NCBI GenBank assembly: GCA_054661495.1
Contig: BAAFSQ010000216.1
Location: 1-17,086 of the forward strand
Length of the DNA stretch: 17,086 nt
Direction: 5' to 3'
From: Zygophlyctis sp. KS116
Taxonomy: Eukaryota; Fungi; Chytridiomycota
Under the pieces are notes generated by a model. The model did not search any database. It saw only the letters and a list, made by a program, of their open reading frames with translations, and was not told where the DNA came from. Positions 1-10,307 of this stretch are shown here, one piece after another. Each line of letters starts with the position of its first letter. Within the stretch, counting starts at the first letter, position 1. The translations under genes were made by a program, and so were the position numbers.

Positions 1-33
1 CGTCACTGTTGCTACTTCCAATAGAGTTGACAT
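1..33 (-). CDS. Possible 5' end of a gene running off the left edge (MSTLLEVATVT...), product unknown
   Basis: The ATG is in an aaaATG context and the frame is open to the window edge. It is divergent from EHD3. Too short to identify. Confidence 0.35.
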   Translation of the reverse strand, partial: MSTLLEVATVT

Positions 34-78
34 TTTAAAGGAAAGAGTTGATTGAGTAGATTTTAAGAGGACGCCTTC

Positions 79-88
79 ACCACGTGGT
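79..88. promoter_or_regulatory. Palindromic E-box (ACCACGTGGT) in a probable divergent promoter
   Basis: A perfect 10-bp palindrome with a CACGTG bHLH core lies between the putative left-edge gene and EHD3. Function is inferred only. Confidence 0.3.
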
Positions 89-232
89 AACCATACATAC
101 ATATCCTCCATTGAGTATGACTATGGAATAGAGAGCTCCTCATCAGCAACCAAACAAGCATTTTGCCATCACAGATAACTGGCAAGACAATGATTGAGTA
201 GGCGTAAGTCTGGGTGTTTTAAAAGATTTTGA

Positions 233-1998
233 ATGTTTCAGAGATTTATGGTAGTTTTTCTAGTCTAATTATAAGAGTTCATATGTCCGATCGGAATCAA
301 TACATTCGATATTAAAATTAACTTTGGATCGACCAAATGCCTTGAATGCATTGAACAAGGAAATGATTGCAGATCTACAAAAGAAAGTGCATGTATCTAA
401 ATTTAAATTTAAAATTAGGATTATCAAAATTCTAATATTTGTAAAATGATTATGATCACTAATAATGATGACTGTAGGGGTTTTTGCGCAGGCGGTGATG
501 TTAAATGTAAATTTAGAAATGGTTTGATTTAAAGCAATCGTACAAGAAATTTCAATTGGAAAAGAATCGGATATTAATTCAGCTCTAAAGTTTTTTGAAA
601 CTGAATATCAATTGAATCATGCAATAGGAACAAGTAAAAAACCAGTCATCTCTATTATGAATGGTATCACTAGTAATTTAAGATTGAATTTGAGATTTAG
701 TGGGAGGTGGAGTTGGTATTTCAGTTCATGGAATGTTTAGGATTGTAACAGAGAAAACGAAATTCGCAATGCCAGAAACTAGTATTGGTTTATTTCCAGA
801 TGTTGGAGGATCCTTTTTCTTATCAAGACTAGATGGGTATCTGGGAGAATATTTGGGATTGACGGGAAAAGTTTTGTCTGGATCTGATGTTTTGTATGGT
901 TTTATGGTATAAATATTTAGTTTTGCGGGAATAGGAACTCATTATGTTCATTCAAGTAGAATTCCAGAACTCATAAAACAGCTTGCAGAAATTCAATCAG
1001 AGTCTCCAATGACCATTAATGGTGTTTTAAATGATTTTTGTGGTATATTGAAAAATATAAACCTTTAGATAGATTTACTATTGATCAATGGCGAGGATGG
1101 GAACTTGGTGGTAGTGTAATGACAACTATAAACAATTGTTTTAGACATGGTTCGATTCCTGAAATAATTCATGCTTTACAAAAGGAGGTAGAACTTTGGT
1201 TTCTTTAATAATTAGGACTCAGAATGGGCAAAAAAGCAAATAGAGATTTTAAAGTCATCTTCTCCGACTAGTTTAATTGTACATATATTCAGATTTTGAT
1301 TATAGGTGACTTTAGAACAACTTAAACGTGGCGCAAAAACTGATTTCAGAGAATGTTTCAAAATGGAATACAGATTAGTTTCCCAATTCCTTGTAAGACT
1401 CCTCTTATTGAAAAAATGTAGAGGGATAATGATTTTCGTGCTGGAGTTCAAACAAAGCTTGTGGATAAATCCTCAAAAGTTCCCAACTGGGTCCCTGATT
1501 GGAATGCTGCTATGAAGCCATCAAATAGGCTTGAAATTTTACAAAAGTATTTTGATCGGTATCTATCATCTACCTAATATTATTAGAGATAGTATTAATC
1601 TTCACCTAACTAATGATACATTTTCTGATTATCCACATCAAATACTCTCTGGTTATCCAAGTGCAAAGGATTTGCGTCATGCTATCACGAGTATATTGAT
1701 TGTTTATTAAAATTTAGATGATATACCAAACACTAATGTTCCTTTAACACTTGAAAACATCTTATCATGGTAAGTTTATGTTATTAATTCTAGGTTTGAC
1801 AGGAATTGGGGATATTTCAATCCAGAGAATCTGAATCTCGAAAAGACTGATGAGCAGTATCCTTGTGGAAAGGGACATGGGAAGATGAATTTAGAGGAGA
1901 GAATTATACTATTATTGGAACGATTTTGCCTTCTTAATGAGGAAACCAATACGTTTTCTTGGAACCCAAAATCATCATGGGAGATTAAAACAACATAA
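233..1998 (+). CDS. EHD3: 3-hydroxyisobutyryl-CoA hydrolase (crotonase family), ~480 aa, 13 exons
   Basis: Spliced motifs: [68 protein letters not shown] introns: 251-275, 393-418, 507-534, 673-700, 894-920, 1043-1068, 1188-1215, 1279-1305, 1393-1421, 1559-1586, 1691-1717, 1770-1793. The spliced length of 1443 nt is in frame. Confidence 0.93.
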
Positions 1999-2003
1999 TA
2001 TCA

Positions 2004-2495
2004 CTATTCTTCTGGCTTGATTGCATATACAGGATGAATAAAATAAAATTTAATCCATGAACCAATTGAAGCTATTGACGCGAGACTGATTAGAGTAACA
2101 AAGGCAATTCTTGGATGCCATGTAGAATCCAACTATAAATCTTTAATTTAGAATATCATACTTCATTTGGAATGCTATCAATGCTTCCTACTTCTACTTT
2201 AGGGAAAAACACCAAGATTACAGTAATCAAGGCAAACAAAATCGCAGATGCAAAGTTAATTAGACTATGTTTAAAGAAAATTTGTACCCTGAATTCTCAT
2301 GATTTAACATCAAAAGCGAGACTCCCAGCAACAGGAATGCAACCATTGCGCACATAAAGAGTGCTATTCCCAGTCCAAGGACTCTAGGAGTCGCTTGAAT
2401 CACCTTTTAGTTTAACAGCTAATAATTACAGCGGAAGCAGATGCAGTGTATTGTAAAAACATTATGAAAATCATAATCAGGGAAAATCTAATCAT
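2004..2495 (-). CDS. TMEM218: TMEM218-like ciliary transition-zone membrane protein, ~137 aa, 4 exons (absent from the ORF track)
   Basis: Introns: 2404-2429, 2265-2287, 2133-2161. The protein reads MIRFSLIMIFIMFLQYTASASAVIQATPRVLGLGIALF...VILVFFPK...PRIAFVTLISL...FIHPVYAIKPEE. It matches recalled TMEM218 hallmarks VLGxGxxxF, LLLFPR and EPIYAKP, with three hydrophobic segments. Confidence 0.75.
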
Positions 2496-2694
2496 GATAC
2501 TTTCGGACAATAGTAAAATATACAAGAGGATAATAATTTTTAACTTGAAATTTAATTTTAGATGAAATAAATGCTTTATGCCAATGATAGAATCTCAGAA
2601 ACGACCAATATAGACTGATCAGCAGGTAATGACGATCTAAATCCAGCGTTCTATTTTTAGGGTAAAACCTGCCGCAAGACAATTAACTGAAATT

Positions 2695-4395
2695 ATGCAA
2701 GAAGTCCCTAGTGCCCCATATGCAATCAGCTTTGCAATAATGTTTGCTTATAATGGATCTGCTTTCGATGGTCTGGAAAGGTAATGAAAGATAGAATTTA
2801 CTAGTAGATCAAAGGGTTCAAAGACTATTGAAGCCATTCTGTTATCTGCCGTTGCTGCTGTTATTGGTAAAACAGTTGATACTTCTGTTCATATCTCTGT
2901 AAGATGATTTAATTCTTAATGATAGATGATGAATATTAGTAGAGCATCAATCACTGAAAAAGGTGAGCATGCTTCAAGACAATTAATTTCATTGGAAGTG
3001 ACTGGTTCGCCAGATTTAAAAATCCCAGATGTTAAGGAATTGAATGATGCATTACCTGAAGGAATTCATATATTCAAGGTTTTGGAAATGCCCCAAGGAT
3101 TTTCTGCCAGAAGAACTTGTGAAACTAGAACTTTTGAATTTGTTTTTCCTACTTATGTTTTAGCATCACCTCCCGAAGGTACAATGTATTCAAATCCAGC
3201 TCCTCCCGAGGAAGATGACTTTGTTTATCCTTCAGATATGGTCATTGAAGCTCCAGCTGGTGGAATGTTTAAGACAATGGTTCGGCCAAAGTTAACAGAA
3301 AAAGTAAATCAAGGCTCAAAGGAGTCTACTGGAACAGGAGATGAAATAGCTGTGGAGCTGCCTGAAAAACCAAGAAAGAAAGGATTTGCTCACTTTTTAT
3401 CAAAGATTTTGTTTGGAAAAAATGTTCCAGAAAAAATAAGAAAGGATGAAGAATTGAATAATTTAGCCGATAAAAATCTAACTTTGAAAAGAAGAACATT
3501 GCATCGAAAAGATGCACCGGCAATTCCATTGGAGATGCCAATTAAAAAGGTTGAAGAGAACGATAAAAAGCAGAGCAGCGAAGAAGATAATGCGTTCACA
3601 GGAATGTCTGGTTTCTTCTCTACTCTAAAGCGAACAATGTCTGTAAAAAGAAGAAAAGCATCCTTCAAGGATGATAATGCTAGTGAGACAACAATGGTTG
3701 AAGATGTTCAGTACTTTGATCCATTGGAAATTCCATGGGATGAAGCTTATTTGTCAAATTTATCATCCTATCGTATCACAGAATCACAACTCAAATCTTT
3801 AAAGAATATTATTTCTTTGTACAATGGAACTCACAATTGGCATAATTACATTCTGGGAGCTTCAGCGGATGATTCTCGTTGTTATCTTCGAATTTTGAAT
3901 ATTGAACTATCATCTCCAGAAGTTCACCAAGGTTTGGAGTGGATCCGAATCAAAGTTCAGGCAAAAGCTTTTGCTCGGTATCAAATTCGTAAAATGATTG
4001 CTCTTGCCATCATGGTTATCCGCACAAATACTCCAGTCTCTGTAATTGGAAATTCGTTTGGATATGCTAAAATCGATCTCCCAGAAGTTCCTTCTCTTGG
4101 ATTAATTTTGGATGAGCCTCATTATTCAGATTTCAACGATTACGCAGCACGATCCAATAATTCTATGATTGACTTTGACGAAATTAAGGTATTTTACTGA
4201 AACAATTAACTTTAGGATGAAGTTGAAAACTTTCGGAAAACAGAGATTCATAACAAAATCTATGAGCATGAACAAAAGGAAATGGAATTTGCTCATTGGA
4301 TTCATAAGATGGATACTACCTCATTCCTCTATACTTACTTTTTAAACCCACGTGGGGTCATTGATCGTAAGAATATGAACGCATTGAGGAAATGA
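2695..4395 (+). CDS. Pus1/TruA-family pseudouridine synthase-like protein with a degenerate active site, ~539 aa, 4 exons
   Basis: Introns: 2781-2807 (or 2804), 2899-2925, 4189-4215. TruA-family landmarks occur in order: AYNGSAFDGLE, KTIE, ASITEKGEHA, FSARRTCETRTFEF, YNGTHNWHNY, YQIRKMI, PSLGLILD. Confidence 0.85.
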
Positions 4396-4434
4396 TGTCA
4401 CTTGAAATAAATTTTTCCGTTTCTTTATTGCTAA

Positions 4435-6879
4435 ATGAGTGAGCCAGTAAGTTTCCATTACTTGATGATCTAGTCAACTACTGACCTTAAAGGTGTTGCA
4501 GGTGCATTCGGACTTCAGATTGCCATCTGTGCTGTCGTCTTGACTGCTTTCTCGATCCTTCGCCCATCTCTTAAAGCGGTTTACGAGCCTAGAAATTTAT
4601 TTGCTTCAAACGCATTCAAAAAACCACAGCAGCTGAATTCACGGCCGCTGGCTTGGTTATCGCCAGTCTTTAAGATTGCTGAAATGGATCTATTCGATCA
4701 GATTGGAATGGATTCCATCATGTTCTTGCGCTTTATCTCCGCATGCTTTAAATTCTTTGCTGGTGTAATGATCATTGCTGTGCCATTAATGATTTTCAAT
4801 TCAATTATGCCAAATATTCTAAATAACTCTAGAACATTTGCAAATGTTTTTCAAAATCAAACTGTCATTACAAATTCATTACAGAATCTGGCCATAAGGG
4901 ATTTTAGAGCAGCCCCACAGTACTATTATGTGTATTCTTTTGCTACACTGATTGTCTCGCTGTATGCTTACGTTCTGCTTTACTGGACTTGGATGGAATT
5001 CATGATTCTAAGAAATCAGCTACTTAAATCAAATGAACATCTAGAGTCTCCCCATTGTAGAACTGTTCTTTTAAATGGACTTTCGCCCACGCTGACAGAT
5101 AAGAATGAAGTCGTTAAATTGATTTTAAATGTCTACAAAGAAGCCGAAATAGATCAAATTGTATTTGGTCGAGATTATAAAGAATTGACGGAATTATGTG
5201 AAGAACATAGCAAAGCAAACGATAAAATGGAGCAGACATTGAACAAATGTAATAATTTAAATATTTTAACAAAATTAGACTTCTCTGGTAAAAAAAGGCC
5301 ATCTCATAATTCAAAGGGTGTTCTTGGAATTCTCACATTTACTGGTGAAAAAAAAGATTCCATCCTAACATATGGAATGGATTTGAATGATTTGGAAGAA
5401 AAAATATATGGTTTACGTTCCAAAGGTGATGATGCTTTTGGTTTCAGATACAATGCCTTTGTTTCATTTAAAAGTCTTGGAAGTGCCCAAAAGATTTTAA
5501 AAAGAGTGCTTTTACCTGGTGGAATGATTAAAAACAATCCATTATTAACAACTGTTAAGATTAGAGAATGCCCTCCATTTGATGATCTCATCTGGAAAAA
5601 TTTAGGACTTGATCCAAAAACAAAACAAATTCGTCGTCTCATCACATGGGGTTTAACAGCGCTTTTGACAATTGGCTGGACGGTTATAATTGGTTTGATC
5701 AGTTCACTTGCAACTATTGAAACGATTAGTAAGTATTCTCCACAACTTGGCAAAAGAATCCAATCTTCTGATGGAGCAATGTTCTTTCTCCAAGCTATTA
5801 TTGCCCCTGGTCTGCTTGCTGCTATGATTCCTGTTTTGCTAATGTTTTTACATCATTCTTCTGTATTCCAAGGAATACCATCTTGGAATGGAGTTGCACA
5901 ATCAGTCTTGAGAAAGTTTTTCTTTTTCCAAATCTATCAGTTTCTTGTTGTATTGGGTGTTAAAGCTGCTTGGGATTATTTAAGAGATATAAATGATCCT
6001 ACCAAAGTTAAGGATATTCAAAAGTCTATTGTCACTGGATTTCAGAATAGTTCTACTCTATTCATAAACTACATAATCATCAACTTTGTTGGCTATTGTG
6101 TTGAAATACTACAAGGTGCTCGCTTTTTCATGGTTTGGGTTTATAATACGTTTTTGAAACCAGTTCCACGACGCTTATATGCCCTTAAAAAAGCTCCAGA
6201 ACTTGATGTATCAACTGTGATTTGCAATTTGATATTAATATTTCTGTATTGCATCTCTTATTCAGTTGCTGCACCTCTGATTGTTCCTTTTGCCACTATT
6301 CTTTTCGGACTTTCATATATTGTTTTCAAGTATCAACAAATATACGTTTATGAAACTACTCATGAATCAGGAGGAAGATGGTGGCCTAAAATATTCAATC
6401 TTTTATGTTTTTCAATTGGATTTTTTCAATTAATGACTGGTGGTTGTATATGGATCAGTGGTGAAGGCCTAGCAAAAATCCAATCTTCCGTGGTACTTGT
6501 TCAATGTATAATCACATTTCTTTACTGGTTCTTTATACGTGCTAAATTCAAACGTGATGCATTATCTATTGAAAGTGATTTGCCATCAAATTCAAATTTC
6601 AATCTTGAATATTTAATCTGTGACCCAGCAATGGGTGATCCACTTCCCAAAGTCTGGGTTAAAGAAGAATTTAAGACTAAATTACCGATTGAATATAACC
6701 CAAAATATTCTAATACTGTTGATTACATGGATGCCAAAGGAATAAATAATATAGCACATATGGAGACATTAACTCAAAGATATAGAGCCTTTGGACTTCG
6801 ACATAAAAAAGATGCACCATCTGGAACTACACAGCCTCCAGAAATATTTTATTCTTTGAAAGACTTAAAAAACCTCTAG
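4435..6879 (+). CDS. OSCA/TMEM63/CSC1 (DUF221, RSN1/PHM7-like) calcium-permeable stress-gated channel, ~795 aa
   Basis: A 12-nt first exon (ATG AGT GAG CCA) is followed by introns at 4447-4473 and 5249-5278. Motifs: FSILRP..VYEPR, IGMDSIMFLRF, RTVL, AFVSF, DLIWKNL, YSVAAPLIVPF, FKYQQIYVY, ESGGRWWP. There are many transmembrane segments. Confidence 0.93.
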
Positions 6880-6995
6880 TTTCTTCTTTAAGCAATCTTG
6901 CACGCCCTTATTGATTTGATGCTTGAGATCTGTCATGCTTTTGAAGCGCGAAGTTTTGCTACTTAGGGTGCAGAAGATCAAAACCTTTTTTTACA

Positions 6996-8193
6996 ATGGA
7001 AAAAATATTGGATAATGCAACTGTAGAAGCAATCAAGGCAGAAAAAGAGGAAAAAAGGGCTTTCCCTTGGTTTACTAATCCCCCGATCGGATATGAAAAC
7101 TATTCCTATAACCCTCCGTTCCCATCTCCGCTTCCATCTCCCCTGGATCAGACGCAAAATTCGCTATTTACTTCTTTTGAAGGCGATCACACTTTTTCTG
7201 CTCCTCCGCCTTTTTGGTATTCACAGATGCTTGAAGGACATGACATGAAGTCATTTTATATGATGAGACAGGGTCTGATGAATCAGTCAAAGTCTCCTGA
7301 AATGCAAAGTTCATCTCAATCTATAATGGAATCTATGAATGCTTCTGCTGGGTCAATGATGGGATCTCCTGGATCAATGAATGCTTCTATGAATTCTATG
7401 GGTGGATCTGCTAGTGGTTTACAAAGTCCACCAGTTACACCATATCTAAATGAAAACTTGAATACTCTAGGTATATAATTGAAATCTAAATTAAAGGAAG
7501 TTTGCATCAACAGCAATTGAGAGCTATGATGCAATTGCGTGCTATGGGATACGGGTTTGTAAGACCTAAACTAAATATCGACCCTGAAAAAAAGGATCTT
7601 GTGAATACTAATGCTGCAGAGTCTGTTCGAAATGTAATACCCATGAAAAATATGGAAAAAGAAAAACCTTTTCAGTGTACTTATCCTGGTTGTGATGCGA
7701 GGTTTCCCAGAATGTATAATTTAAAATCACACATGTTATGTCATACTGGTAATTTTAAGGAATTAAAATTTAAGGGGAAAGACCTCATGTGTGTCCTTTA
7801 GAATGCGGTGCAAAGTTTGCTCGTAAACATGATTTACAAAGACATATGCGAACTCTTCATTCTCCAAATAGGCCATTTCAGTGTCCATATGAAAAATGTC
7901 AACAAGCTTTCCGTCGGGCTAATTCTTTTTGGAGACATTTAGTGGAGGATCATCCGGAAAAGTCTTTAGAGCATGCAGAAGTTTATCAAAGAGCTGTACA
8001 GCAACAAAAAGTGAATCAGGAGGGTAAAAATATAGTTAAGCCTGCTTCGGCTGTTCCTGCTCCAATTGAAATTCCATTAACTGCACCGGCTCTACATGCA
8101 GTGGAAAATATATCTGGGCAACATTCAGATCCTTTTTTTTCCTCGGTGCCACGCTTGAATGATTCAATGATCTATAGAGGTCATTTTAATTAG
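6996..8193 (+). CDS. C2H2 zinc-finger transcription factor (3 fingers; Crz1/Ace2-Swi5-like), ~381 aa
   Basis: Introns: 7471-7496 and 7749-7774. Splicing restores the HTGERP linker. Fingers: FQCTYPGCDARFPRMYNLKSHMLCH, CPLECGAKFARKHDLQRHMRTLH, FQCPYEKCQQAFRRANSFWRHLVEDH. The N-terminus is Pro/Ser/Met-rich. Confidence 0.9.
7321..7410 (+). repeat. Coding low-complexity Ser/Met repeat (SMNAS-like units)
   Basis: The sequence atgaatgcttct recurs, encoding ESMNASAGSMMGSPGSMNASMNSMGG. Confidence 0.6.
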
Positions 8194-8276
8194 CTGTATA
8201 GATAGGAAATCGTTTATCAATGTTGTGTAATTTTTAAACATGTTTGGATTTTTATCTAAAAATAAACTACATATTA

Positions 8277-9572
8277 CTAATCAATCACATGAAGTATTAA
8301 ATCTGTATTTCCATTGATCCCCCTTGATATCGCCATGCATAATTGAAAGTCTTCATCATCCGTTATAAGTATTGAATCTCCCTGATTATCCTTATATACG
8401 ACTTGGAATGTTATTTCTAGATCCAGCTTATTTTGAATGTGAAGAACTAAATCTCTGAAAGTAACATCTGTGGGAACTCTTACCGAGCAATTAGTTGATT
8501 TATAAAAAAGTTTCACACACATTAAATCTGACTGACTATGTGTTAAATTAAATAATAAATACATTTTTACGTATCCAGAAGAACTAGCATTCCTCTGGAG
8601 TAGTTTTGGCAGTGGTTTTTCCGCTTTTGGAAGTGTATTTGTATCAGTTTCATAAAATCTAGCATCAGTTGTATTCGCCCTGGGTCTTGATGCGGCAATT
8701 CTAGGTGAAAACGTATTTGAATGATGTGTCATCACTGGACTTGAGACTCCTTCAGACAAATAATCAAACAAAAAGTTTTCGCTGTCGAAATCTTGATCCA
8801 AAACCAACTCTGAAATAACTTTACTAGATCCTAGATAATTAACATCTTGAACACTAGTTATTTGATCCGTCTGTGGAGCGAATACCAAAAAAAGAGGCGC
8901 ATATCTAAATGCGATTTCTTTTGGTGCTGCAGCTCCCAACTCTAGAGCTTTTTGACATATTTTTTTATCTATTACTGTAAATTAATAATATATACTTTTT
9001 GAATCCGCTATTTGAATCCCCTTTTTAAAATGCATTTTCGCCTTACTAACATCACCAATTAAAACCGTTGCTAAACCTGCATTAATGACAATATCAATAG
9101 TTTCCAACTGAAATTTTAATCCTATTTGTTTGTAATCAATAAACAAATTCTTCCTCATTGCCTAGGATTTAATTGTATAAATGAGTACTTGATAAGCCTG
9201 GATATAATCTTTAAGAGCTTTTGGAAAGTCTCCTAATTGAGTATAAATCCATGCTCTTTGATAATAAGCAATTGCAAAATAACGATCTGCTTCAATTGCT
9301 TTTCCTAATGCCAATACCTAAGATTTTGAATTGTATCAGATCATACAGCTCTTTGATAATCAAATAGATTACAACAACAAATCGCAATATTAAAATGCAA
9401 TTTCGATATATCAGCAATTTTCTAATTGATTAATAGACTCTATTACACAAAATCTCTCTAAAGCCTCATCCATTTTATGATCATTAAAAGCATCAACTGC
9501 AGCATTCCATTCTATTAGTTTCCCCTATGAATATTATCTGAGAGTATTTACTTTTATATCTAATAAACTCAT
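8277..9572 (-). CDS. noxR: NADPH oxidase regulator NoxR (p67phox homolog; TPR + PB1), ~377 aa, 7 exons
   Basis: Introns: 9525-9551, 9422-9446, 9318-9346, 9162-9188, 8969-8995, 8536-8562. The N-terminus reads MSLLDIKGKLIEWNAAVDAF...KIADISKLHFN...DRYFAIAYYQR...FIDYKQIGLKFQL. The activation-region motif is NYLGSSKVI, and the PB1 acidic motif is YKDNQGDSILITDDEDF. Confidence 0.88.
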
Positions 9573-9605
9573 ATTTAATTACGATGCCGCACTACGTACT
9601 CGCTG

Positions 9606-9613
9606 ATTACGTC
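9606..9613. promoter_or_regulatory. ATF/CRE-like site (TTACGTCA) just upstream of noxR
   Basis: The sequence gattacgtcaatc lies ~35 nt upstream of the noxR ATG in a locally CG-rich patch. Function is inferred only. Confidence 0.25.
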
Positions 9614-9710
9614 AATCGTTGCTGCGGACAGTTTGCATAAACTCATAGTATTCATTTTTTTCATTAATTCCATTTATTCCATTAAAATGCAGTGACTAAA
9701 TAAATCAATT

Positions 9711-10307
9711 CTAATCTGAAACTTTGATTTTTCTATTCTGAACAAATGATAAATATGCATTCCATCCCACATTTACACTATTTACTAGAATAGGTTGATA
9801 TAGAACCGGTAAATATCTAAAATTAATTAATTGTATCGGAGTCCAAACGGCAACATCTGCAATATAAGTATGTTTAAATTCCTGAGATATTTTAGAATTT
9901 AGATCCTTCAAATCTCCTCCTGCCATTAGAGTAGAAAATGAAAAAAATAATGATAGATAAGGAGGATCAAAGATGATCATATCAGCTCCAACTTTAGCCA
10001 ATGTAACATTCCATAATAAAGTAGAAGTATTTGGAGCTTTTAAATGATGAAAATAACGGGAAGCCTTTGATACTATCCTAAATACATTTGCATCCAAGAA
10101 ATTATACCAAAAAGTATATAACGGCCCTGCTAAAAATGTTCCAAAACTTGTCATTATCACTAATCTCTTGTAATCGATTTCTTCATTTGTGAGTTTTTGA
10201 GAGATCAAATCTCCTGTTGCCCACAATAGTCCTGCAGTCAATGACTGTGATGAATACTTGTAATTGGTCAAAAAATAAGAATATCCTCGAAGAATTCTTT
10301 TAAACAT
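9711..10307 (-). CDS. Mpv17/PMP22 family membrane protein (SYM1-like), 198 aa, apparently intronless
   Basis: Motifs: TAGLLWATGDLISQ, DYKRL, GP...WYNFLD, KVGADMIIFDP, VWTPIQLINFRYLP, VGWNAYLS. Confidence 0.92.
   Translation of the reverse strand: MFKRILRGYSYFLTNYKYSSQSLTAGLLWATGDLISQKLTNEEIDYKRLVIMTSFGTFLAGPLYTFWYNFLDANVFRIVSKASRYFHHLKAPNTSTLLWNVTLAKVGADMIIFDPPYLSLFFSFSTLMAGGDLKDLNSKISQEFKHTYIADVAVWTPIQLINFRYLPVLYQPILVNSVNVGWNAYLSFVQNRKIKVSD

Noticed and set aside
204-225. Possible 22-nt 5' UTR intron (gtaagt...aaaag) upstream of EHD3
   Set aside because: The donor is good, but there is no reading-frame constraint to test it and it is shorter than all supported introns. It needs transcript data.
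233-1998. Fragmented ORFs read as pseudogenes, frameshifting or an alternative genetic code
   Set aside because: Every interruption is bounded by GTA...AG, and removing it restores the frame and conserved motifs under the standard code.
1212-7534. ORF-track entries 1212-1451, 2172-2357, 2488-2682, 3326-3541, 3390-3668, 5114-5314, 5304-5753 and 7316-7534
   Set aside because: They are mostly antisense shadows of well-supported genes (2488-2682 is mainly intergenic), with no recognisable motifs.
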